Assembly (NCBI GenBank): GCA_038087875.1
Contig: CM075995.1
Coordinates: 7,876,001-7,940,000 of the forward strand
Origin: Malacoraja senta
Lineage: Eukaryota
Direction of reading: 5' to 3'
DNA: 64,000 nucleotides
Shown: positions 32,876-43,900 of the stretch, in pieces
Position numbering within the stretch: the first letter of the stretch is position 1
Layout: each line of letters opens with the position of its first letter
Program-made: the position numbers and the translations under genes
The notes under the pieces: generated by a model
Database searches by the model: none
Seen by the model: only the letters and a program-made list of their open reading frames with translations
Told to the model about the DNA's origin: nothing

Positions 32876-33459
32876 TGTTAGTCGCTTCCCCCCCTGTTGA
32901 ATGCTATGTACTTACGTTTCTCTGTTTCTTTCCCGAGTGCAGGCCTTGTGGCTGTGAGTCTGGAATCAAGGGGTTAAAAGGCTCCTGTACCCGATTGGCC
33001 AAGCTGCGTCAGGTGACGGTGACTCATCTGAAGCTTAAATACCAGAGTCTTTCCAGGATTCTCTCTCTTCTTCGTCGACCCTGACTTGTGAGCTGACTGC
33101 TGGAGTGAGCTGTGGAAGGCCTGGCCACATGGCATAGAACTTTGTGTACTTTCACCAATACTTAAGTACAAAATATTGAATTGGGACGGATAAGGGCTGA
33201 CCTTAGTGTTTTTGTGTATTTTGTTTCAGGGTTATATCTCTTTAGGCAGGTTTTAGAGTCTCCGGTTCGACGGTCCATCACGTGGCTGGCTGGAGCACTG
33301 TTAAATTGTTTGTCAGTCCATCCATATCCCTGACTGGGTTGTTTGAATCAGGTTTGGGTTTTGTGTTCCATTGAATAATTAAAACTATTTTTGAACTTGA
33401 ACCTGGTTTTTGAATTATGTTACGCGGCTCTGAAGTACCTGCATTCGGGAGTCGTAACA
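32876..33459 (+). repeat. 3' LTR (preceded by PPT at 32867-32875)
   Basis: tgttagtcgc...gtcgtaaca. Confidence 0.95.
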
Positions 33460-34699
33460 TATATACTGGACACACACATAAACAAACAAAACAATAACAG
33501 TGTAAAGACAACAAAAGATGCCCCCAAGTCTATGTGGTTCAGAGCTTATTTGAAGGTTGTAGTGTTTAATAGCCTGATGGTTGCAGGGAAGAAGCTGCTT
33601 CTGAACCTGAACTTTTCAGTTTTCAGGCTCCTGTACCTTCTTCCTGATGGCAGGAGTGAAATGAGAGAGTGGCCAGGGTGGTGTGAGTTTCCGAAGATGC
33701 TGGCTGCCGTTTTGAGGCAGCGACTCCTGCAGATCCCTTCGTTGGTGAGGAGGTCAGGACTCGTAATGGACTGGGCAGAGTTCACCACTCTTTGCAATCT
33801 TCTTTGTTCCTGGGCGTTCAAGTTGCTAAACCAGGCTGTGTTCATCATGTTTAAAGTTACATGGTTGAACTTTCAAGAGAGGGCTCTTAAAGATAGCAGA
33901 GTCAGGGGATATGGGCAGAGGGCAGGAACAGGGTACTGATTGGGGATGATCAGCCATGATCATATTGAATGGCGGTGCTGGCTCGAAGGGCTGAATGGCC
34001 TACTCCTGCACCTATTGTCTATTGAACAGTAATACTCTATACTACAAGGGATGGGAAATTCAATTAGTCCACTTGACTTTTTCAATAGACAATAGGTGCA
34101 GTAGGCCATTCGGCCCTTCATGCCAGCACGCCATTCATGGTGATCATGCTAATCATCCACAATCAGTACTCCGTTCCTGCCTTCGCCCCATATCCCTTGA
34201 CTCTGCTATCTTCAAGAGCTTTATCTAACACTCTCTTGAAAGCATCCAGAGAATTGGCCTCCACTGCCTTCTGAGGCAGAGAATTCCAGATTCACAACTC
34301 TCTGGGTGAAAACGTTTTTCCTCATTTCCGTTCGAAATGGGCCTACTCCTTATTCTTAAACTGTGGCCCCCTAGTTCTGGGACTCCCCCATCATTGGGAA
34401 CGTTTCCTGCCCTCTAGCATGTCCAATCCCTTAAATCTTATATGTTTCAATAAGATTCCCTCTCATCCTTCTAAATTCCAATGTATACAACCCCAGTCGC
34501 TCCATTCTATCAATGTATGACAGTCCCGCCATCCCGGGAATTAACCTCGTGAACCTATGCTGCACCCCCTCAATAGCAAGAATGACCTTCCTCAAATTTG
34601 GAGACCAAATTTTCATTTGATAATAGCCATAAATGTCCGTACTTCTTTAAGTGTATGATTTGTTGAATGTCTATTACACAAAGTAATAGTACAAAGTGG

Positions 34700-35015
34700 G
34701 TTTAGTTTAGTTCAGACATTCAGCGTGGAAACGGGCCCTTCAGCCCAACGAGTCCGCGCCGCCCAGCGATCCCCACGCACTAACACTACCCTACACACAC
34801 TAGGGACAATTTTACATTTATAATCAAGCCAATTAACCTACAAACCTGTACGTCTTTGGAATGTGGGAGGAAACCGAAGATCTCGGGGAAAACCCACGCA
34901 GGTCACAGGGAGAATGTACAAACTCCGTACAGACAGCAGCACCTGTAGTCGGGATCGAACCCGGGTCTCTGGCGCTGCAAGCGCTGTAAGCAACTCTACC
35001 GCTGCGCTACCGTAC
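34700..35015 (-). mobile_element. HE1-like SINE
   Basis: Same consensus, reverse strand. Confidence 0.8.
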
Positions 35016-37267
35016 CACCCTAGCTTTGATCTGACGTTTTCACACCGTACTCCTCCATATCTCCAGTCTCCCTCTCCCCTGACTCTGTCTGAAAATGTGT
35101 CTCGACTCAAAACGTCACCTATCCCTTCTATCCAGAGACGCTGCCTGGCCCGCTGAGTTATTCCAGCATTTTGTGTCTATCTTCAGTGTAAACCAGCATC
35201 TGCAGTTCCTGCCTACACATTCTGCGAGTTCCTCCAGCAGTTTTTGTTTGCTTATCATTAATGCCATTAATGTAATAAAACTCTACAATTTAATGGTACC
35301 TTTCTATTCTATAATTATTTGAAATTGAAAAGCAGCCTTCACAATCCATTCACAAGTTAATTTGTATTCAATTTATTAATAACAGATGTAGATCAACATT
35401 ATTTGAGATGACTTGTTAATGAAATTCACTTAGAGTCATTGAGTGATACAGCTTCCTTCACATAATGTCTGCCTTACAGCAATTAATTTTGCCTCTATTA
35501 ATCTGGTGGGATTATGGACAAAACCTAAACAATTAATTTAATCAGTGGATTCAACTTTCTCTTTTCCTAATAGTGGTGTCTTGGAGTGTGGGAATGCCTT
35601 TAGTTCATGGATTAAACTGATTATAAACGCAATCAAATATTCTAGAGTTGATTCGCCTTCATTAAGTCGTCAGTCTGAAGGAGGTTTTCGTCTCCCAATG
35701 TTGTTTGTGGACACAAAATGCTGGAGCAACTCAGCGGGTCAGGCAGCATCTCCGGAGAAAAGGAATAGGCGACGTTTCAGGTCAGAACCCTTCTTCAGAA
35801 ACCCGAAACGTCACCCATTCCTTCTCTCCAGAGATGCTGCCTGTCCCGCTGAGTTACTCCAGCATTTTGTGTCCATCTTCGGTATAGACCAGCCTCTGTA
35901 GTTCCTTCCTTCACAATGTCATTTGACCAATTTTTCCACCACAGATTCTGCCCGACACGCTGAGTTCCTCTGGTATTTTGTGTTTTCTCAAGATTCCAGT
36001 ATCAGCATTCTATTTTTGTTTAGTTTAGTTTGGAGATACAGCGCGGAAACAGGCCCTTCGGCCCACCGAGTCCGCACGACCAGCCATCTCCGCACATTAA
36101 CACAAGCCTACACTCACAAGGGACAATTTACATTTATACCAAGTATACAATTTATACACATACGACAATTAACCTACAAACCTGGAGTGTGGGAGGAAAC
36201 CAAGTATCTCGGAGAAAACCAACGCAGACAGCACCTGTAGTCGGGATCGAACCCAGGTCTCCGGCGCTGCAGCAAGCGCTGTAAGGCAGCGACTCTACCG
36301 CTGCGCCACCATGCCGGCCATTCTTTGACACATGCCGACCAAGATGCCCCATCTAAGCTGGTCCCATTTGCCCGCATTTAGCCCATATCATTAAGCCTTT
36401 CCCATCCATGTGCCCCTGTCCAAGTGTAGTACCTGCCTCAACCGTCTCCTCTGGTAGCTTGTTCCATGCACCCATCACCCTTCATGTCAAAATGTTGCCC
36501 GTCAGATTCCTGTAAAATCTATCCCTTCTCTCAAATAGCTAATATTGCACCATTTTCTAATTTTTTCCCCCCTCAGAAACAGCTTCTTCCCCTCTGCTAT
36601 CAAGCTTCTGAACAGAATTCCTTCCATCAGCTTGAATGCTGTTTGATTCACCTCGTCCCCATTTACAGTTCAGTTTAGTTTATTGTCACATGTACCGAGG
36701 TACAGTGAAAAGCATCTGTTGCGTGCTATCTGGCCAGTGAAAAGACTAAAGATGATTACAATCGAGCCGTCCACAGTGTACTGATACATGATAAAGGGAA
36801 TAACATTTAGTGCAAGCTAATGTCCAGAAAAGTTTAAAGATAGTCCAAATGTCTCCCTTGAGGTAGATAGTAGTTCAGGCCCGCTCTCTGGTTGTCGATT
36901 GGATGGTTCAGTTGCCTGATAACAGCTGGGAAGAAACTGTCCCTGAATCTGGAGGCGTGCGTTTTCACACTTCTACACCTTTTGCCCGTTGTGAGAGGGG
37001 AGAAGAGGGAGTGGGCAAGGTGCGACTCGTCCTCGATTATGCTGCTGGCCTTGCCGAGGCGTCGTGAGGTTTAACGCTGGTTACGACATTAGACTTTGTC
37101 CAAGGAACTGATGTACTACAATTCTGAGAACAGTACGGGGTCAGGGGTTATGGGGAGAAGGCAGGAGAATGGGGTTAGGAAGGTGAGATAGATCACCCAT
37201 GATTGAATGGTGGAGTAGACTTGATGGGCCGAATGGCCTAATTCTACTCCTATCACATATGATCTTG

Positions 37268-38110
37268 AATGAATGAATATGTTTATTGGCCAAGTATATT
37301 CACATACAAGGAATTTGCTTTGGTGCTCCGCCCGCAAGTGACAACATGACATACAGTGACAGTTAGGAATGACACATCAAATATTAAACATTAATAATAA
37401 AACATTATCGATTAAACATGTGAATTAAATGAAATACCAGAGCAAAAGGAGGCTAGTTTTTTGGTTATTGAGTAGAGCTACTACTCGTGGATAAAAACTG
37501 TTTTTATGTCTGGCTGTGGCACCTTAGACAGTCCGGAGTCGCCTTCCAGAGGGAAGTGATTCAAAGAGTTTGTGGCAGGGTGAGAGAGGTCAGAGATGAT
37601 CTTACCCGCTCGCTTCCTGGCCCTTACAGTGTACAGTTCGTCAAATGAGGGAAGGTTGCAGCCAATAACCTTCTCAGCTGATCGGACGAGTCGCTGCAGC
37701 CTACGGATGTCGTGCTTGGTGGCTGAGCCAAACCAGACCACGATGGAGAAGGTGAGGACAGACTCTACGATGGTCATATAGAATTGGACCATCATTGCCT
37801 GTGGCAGATTGTGCTTCCTCAGCTGCTGCAGGAAGTACATCCTCTGTTGTGCCTTTTTGACTGTGGAGTCGATGGTAGTCCCCCCCCCCCCCCCATTTAA
37901 GGTCCTTGGAGATGATGGTTCCCAGGAACTTAAAAGACTCCACAGGTGTGACTGTGGTGTTGTTGATGGTGAGTGGGGTGAGCTCTCCTGAAGTCTACAA
38001 TCAATTCCACTGTCTTAAGAGCATTGAGCTCAGGTTGTTGCGATGGCACCACAACGTCAGCTGTGTCACTTTCATGGTGCAGTCATTGGTGTATATGACT
38101 GCACCATGAA
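37268..38110 (-). mobile_element. Rex1/Babar-like LINE 3' fragment (others at about 21180-21412, 33470-33840, 48925-49250, 55560-55925)
   Basis: VESFKFLG, MYFLQQLRK..FY..IVESVLTFSIVVWFG. Confidence 0.75.
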
Positions 38111-40814
38111 CTTATGAACTTCAGGTGCCATCGACTCCGCAGGGAAACCGGCCGTTCCAGCCGCTGCGAGGACTCTCGCGACGGCCAGGAACATCGGGCC
38201 TCCGTAGAGGCAACTGTGGAGGCCTCATTGGGCCTGACTCTGGGAGAACTGGGTTGGGGACTGGACATTGTGCCTTCCCCCACAGTGGTGGTCATTGTGG
38301 GGGGATGATTTTTGTGTGCTGTGCCTGTTAGTCTGTGTGTAAGATGGCGGTCGGAGGGGAGAGTGGACGCTGGCGCAAATTGGTCGCTGCTGCTCTCTCC
38401 TCAAATTGTGTTTCTTATTTTCTTTTTGTGCTTTTGAAATTGAATTCCGTCCTTGATTTGTGTACTGTGGTGTTTTTATATTTAATTTATTCCGATTATG
38501 TGTTTTGTATTTTTGTGATTCTATGCCTTGTAAGGTGTCCTTGGGTTTTAGAAAGGCGCCAGTAAATAAAATGAATTATTATTATTATTATTATATATCT
38601 GCATCTTTCCCTTTGTTCTAGTTTGAACTGATTGGATCAATCTATTAATTCCCGGGATGGCGTATTCCCTAACAAGGTTCCCGCGATGGCGGGGACTGTC
38701 CTATGCTGAGAGACTGGAGCAGCTGGGCTTGTACACTCTGGAGTTTAGAAGGATGAGAGGGCATCTCATTGAAACATATATGATTGTTAAGGGTTTGGAC
38801 ACGCTAGAGGCAGGAAACATGTTCCCGATGTTGGGGGAGTCCAGAACCAGGGGCCACAGTTTAAGAATAAGGAGTAAGCCATTTAGAACAGAGAAGAGGA
38901 AACACTTTTTCTCACAGAGAGTGGTGAGTCTGTGGAATTCTCTGCCTCAGAGGGCGGTGGAGGCAGGTTCTCTGGATGCTTTCAAGAGAGAGCTAGATAA
39001 GGCTCTTAAAAATAGCCGAGTCAGGGGATATGGGGAGAAGGCAGGAACGGGGTACTGATTGGGGATGATCAGCCATGATCACATTGAACGGCGGTGCTGG
39101 CTCGAATGGCCTGTTCCTGCACCTATTGCCTATTGTCTAATATCTGATCTGTTTGGATAGCGTGCAAAAAAAACCTTTTTACTGTACCTCAGTACAAGTT
39201 GGAATAAACCTAAAACTAACCTAATATCTTCCAAGATGGTGCCCACCCCAGGCGACTGTTTGCATGCTGGCCACAGAAGCAGATCTACAATCACACATTA
39301 CAATCGCTACACACTCTTAAATCTCTCCTCCTACAGCAACATTTCTCACTTTATCATGTATCTGTACAGTGGGGGTGGCTCGATTGTAATCATGTATTGT
39401 CTTTCTGCTGACCGGATAGCACATTGCTCAAGAAAGAACTGCAGATGCTGGAAAAACCGAAGGTAGAAAAAAATGCTGGAGAAACTCAGCGGGTGAGGCA
39501 GCATCTATGGAACGAAGGAATAGGTGGCGTTTTTGGGTCGAGACCCTTCTTCAGACTTAAAAGCTTTTCACTGTACACGTGACAATAAACTAAAATAAAA
39601 ATTAGGATCATCTCTGTGCAAGGAATTTTTACTTGCCTGGAAGGGACGTATATGGGAAGAGGGAAGGAATTCCCAAAACAGACCCTTCATAATATAAAAT
39701 CCTATGAAGGAAAGGATGGAAATAAAGATTTATTCGGATATTGCTGCCTTGTGTCAAAACAGAGCACTTCAACCATTCTACGAACATGCCATAAAAGATG
39801 GTATTCAAAATTCTTAACATTTTCAAGAAAATATAGGTAATCAGTACATGGAAAACCCAAAAATATATAATATGGAAACAGAAAGTGGTAGAAAGACTCA
39901 GCAGGTCAGGCAGCGACCTTGGAGACTGGAACAGAGTCAACGCTTCAAGTCCGGGATCCTTCATCAAATTCTCAAGCATCTGCAGTTTGTTATTTTTAAT
40001 GCCGGGAGCAACTCTGACCTGGTTACAGGTGTAAATGTGGACTGGTGTAAAGGGCAGTTGTGGAACAGCATATTGGAGGTAGTGATAATTCAGTCAGGTT
40101 CAACACTTCTATGGAACAGGTCAAGGTAGATCCAGCGTTAAGCCAACCGTTCTAAGCGGAGGTATGATATAGGTAAAATAGACACAAAGTGCTGGGGTAA
40201 TTCAGCTGAATCTGGCAATGAATTCCACAGATTCACCAGCCTCGAACTAAAGAAATTCCTCCTCATCTCCTTTCCATAGGTCCGTCCTGTAGTGTAACAT
40301 CTGAACGACTGAACTGCATCCTGAACTAATATCGATCATATCGGTGATCCTCGGACTATCCTTGATCGGACTTTACCTTGCACTGAATGTTCTTCCCTTA
40401 TCGTACACAGTAAATGGCTCAATTGTAATCACATGGACACAAAATGCTGGAGTAACTCAGCTGGACAGACAGCATCTCTGGAGAGAAGGAATGGGTGACG
40501 TTTCGGGTCGAGACCCTTCTTCAGACTGATCATGTAGTGTCTTTCTGCTGACTGGATAGCACGCAACAAAAAAGTTTTTCGCTGTACCTCGGTACACGTG
40601 ACAATAAACTAAACTAAACTGCATCTGTGGTGTAAGGCAATGATGTGGATCAAATGTAGGGGGTCAAGATTAACAACAGCCTAAATATTGCAAGTCTTGT
40701 GTGTTCTCTGTGGACCAAGTGGTTTCCTTCTGCACGATATATTTCTATAATATCAAAGCTGATGATTTTATTTTGTATAAGCTTTTGACGATGATGATTA
40801 TTAACCTGTATCCA

Positions 40815-40971
40815 TCAGGACAACAGTACTTCATTGGGAACTGGACGCCCGTGAATGGCAGCCAAAGCATTTTCAATCATTCTATCCACCATTTTAAGAG
40901 TGGTCTGGTCGGTGGCAGTACCAAAATGAGGAGTCAGAGTGACATTTGGCAGATGCAGCAAAGGATGATCC
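40815..40971 (-). CDS. 2-hydroxyacid reductase last coding exon (157 nt)
   Basis: ttttccttcaataatag|(R)[51 protein letters not shown]. Confidence 0.92.
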
Positions 40972-43900
40972 CTATTATTGAAGGAAAAACAAGAGAAAGT
41001 TACGTTAGAGGTATTAGTGGCAGCACGGTGGCGCAGCGGTAGAGTTGCTTCCTTACAGCGCCGGAGACCCGGGTTCGATCCTGACTGCGGGTGCTTGTCT
41101 GTACGGAGCTTGTACGTTCTCCCCGTGACTTGAATGGGTCCCGCCCCCTCCCCCCGTCGAGAACTTTGGTTCCCTCCCACGCTCCAAAGACGTACAGGTT
41201 TGTAGGTTAATTTGTTTGGTGTAAAATTAAAAATTGTCCCCAGTGTGTGCAGGGTAGTGTTAATGTGCGGGGACCGCTGGTTGGTCCGGACTCGGTGGGC
41301 CGAAGGGCCTGTATCTGCACTGTATCTCTCAACTAAACTAAAGGTTAGAACAGTAGAGGACAGGAACAGGCCCTTCAGCCCACAATGTCTGTGCTGAACA
41401 TGATGCCAAGACCAACTCTTATCTGCCCGTACATGATCCATATACCCCCGCCCCCCCCCCATTCGCTGCATACCCATGTGCTTATCCGAAAGCATCTTAA
41501 AATGCTACTTGTATCTTCTTCCATCGCCACCCCTTCCACCACACACTGTAAAAACATGCCCCGCACTTCCCCTTCACTTTTCCCCTCTCACCTTAAAGCT
41601 ATGGCCTCTAGTGTTTGGTCATTCCATCCAGGGAAAAAGGTTCCAAATGTCCACACTATCTATGCCTCTCAACTTGATATGCTTCTATCATGTCCCCCCC
41701 TCAACTTCACAAGTTATAGGAGTAGAATTAGGCCATTCGGCCCATCGAGTCTACTCCACCATTTAACCATGGCTGATCTCTGCCTCCTAATCCCATTTTC
41801 CTGCCTTCTGCCCACAACCATACTAATCAAGAATTTATCTATCCCTGCCTTAAATATCTATTTATTGGCCTCCACAGCCGTCTGTGGCAAAGAATTTCAC
41901 AGATTCAACACCCTCTGGCTAAATAAATTGCTCTTCATCTCCTTCCTAAAGGAACATTCGTTAATTCTGAGGCTATGGCGTCTGGTCCTAGACTCTCCCA
42001 CTGGTGGAAACATCCTCCCCACATCCATTCTATCCAGGCCTTTCACTATTGACTGTAGTTAGGTTATTGACTGTCGGCCCGCAAGGCAGTCCTGATCTCC
42101 CGGTTGCTAAACACTTTAATTCTCCTTCCCATTCCCACACTGACCTTTCTGTCCTAGGCCTCCTCCATTGTCGGAGTGAGGCTAAATGCAAATTGGAGAA
42201 ACAGCATCTCATATTTCACTTGGGTATGTTTCAGCCCAGAGATATGAATATTGATTTCTCTAACTTTAAGTAACCTCGGCATTCCCTCCCTCTCCATCCC
42301 TCCCCCACTCAAGTCGCACCAGCTTCTTGTTTTCACCTAGCAAGCAGCTAACAATGGCCTGTTTCCTTTATCATCGTTACATTTTTTGCATGTCTTTCAT
42401 TCATTGTTCTTAATCTCTCCACATCACCGTCTATATCTCTCATTTCCCTTTCCCCTGACTCTCCGTTTGAAGAAGGGTCCTGACCCGAAACGTCCCCCAT
42501 CCCTTCTCTCTCCAGAGATGCTGCCTGTCCCGCTGAGTTACTCCAGCTTTTCGTGTCTATCGACAGGCCTGACTCGCCCGCCGTGGAACCGGGAACCCGC
42601 CGGTCGAGGGAGCCGCCGAGCCCGTCCCCGAGAACCGGAGAGGAGGCTGGAGGTAGTCGGCAACGATGGCCACAGGAGCAAAGGACCGGTGAGAAGAACT
42701 AGGGGGCGGGTCGAAGGTGGCCGGGCAATGAGAGGGACGACAGTTCGCGGGACGATCCAGTCAGAGGCGACGGCTGCAACAGGCCTTTAAGGCCAAATGC
42801 AGCTGGTTCATGTAAAATGGCGTCAATACCTCTCGTATATGGTCTCAGTGGGCTATTTTAGTTTTGTTTGGTTCAGAGATACAGCGCGGAAACAGGCCCT
42901 TCGGCCCACTGAGTCCGCGCCGACAGGCTATCCCTGCACATTAACGCTATCCTACACACACACTAGGGACAATTTACAATTATACCAAGCCAATTAATCT
43001 ACAAACCTGTACGTCGTTGATGTGTTGGAGGAAACCGAAGATCTCGGAGAAAACCCACGCAGGGGAGTACGTACAAACTCCGTACAGACAGCACCCGTAG
43101 TCAGGATCGAACCAGTGTCTCTGGTGCTGTAAGGCAGCAACTCTACCGCTGCGCCACCATATAAAGTATACACTTTGTATTTAATGTGGGATTGTTCTTA
43201 TGCATGGTAGTAATTTACTGAACTGTATGTAAATAAGAATTTCACTGTACCTCGGTAGATGTGATAAGAGAGAACTATTGAACTACCAAAGGTGGAGTAA
43301 TGATAGAAAACAAATACTACCTGGGGAGTGGTTCTGGTTCAGTCACGTCTAAAGCTGCTGCACGAATTCTCCTCTTCTGCAGTACTTGTACCAGAGCATC
43401 CTGATCAATCACCGCACCTTGCGACATCAACAGAACAGTTTCTATTAGCTTTCACGTGTAGGAAGGAACTGCAGTTGCTGGTTTGAACTCCGTGATGTTA
43501 AAGACCCGTAGACACCCGCGGTGGAACTGTCAAAAGTCGGTCTCCAGCAAAGGCCGCCAACTCCTCGATGTTAGGCTGCAGTGCGGACAGAGTTATTTCT
43601 CCCTTCACCTTGAACCTATGTTCTCTGGTACTTGATTCCCCCACTCTGGGCAAGACTCTGTGCATCTACCCGATCTATTCCTCACATGAACTCCCCTCAT
43701 CCTCCTGCGCTCCATGGAGTAGAGACCCAGCCTACTCAACCTCTCCCTATAGCTCACACCCTGTAGTCCTGACAACATCCTTGTAAATCTATATTAATAA
43801 AAGTAAGATCTTGACCGCTTTTGACACTGCGATGTGATTTCCGAGAGAACGCCGCCACTTATGGCCGTCATTTTTGGCCACCTCACTCAGAGCCCCACTC

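Larger units (their letters stand above)
24648..33459 (+). mobile_element. Full-length but defective Ty3/gypsy LTR retrotransposon of the Gmr1 type (gag-PR-IN-RT-RH)
   Basis: Paired LTRs TGTTA..TAACA; PBS TGGGGGCTCGTCC; PPT gggtggggg; gag with PEAYRQKFR and a CCHC knuckle; protease LRDTGA; integrase HHCC/DDE/GPY upstream of RT (YLDD) and RNase H (DASD..EKE..TDH..ADALSR); flanked by TATAT/TATAT. Confidence 0.95.

Noticed and set aside
32296..33084. 262-aa ORF as a novel env-like or extra gene of the LTR element
   Set aside because: It is a chance fusion of the inverted L1 ORF2 piece with read-through into the 3' LTR.
41018..41090. Functional tRNA genes
   Set aside because: The A/B boxes belong to SINE heads followed by V-domain and LINE-like tails, and no convincing cloverleaf is evident.
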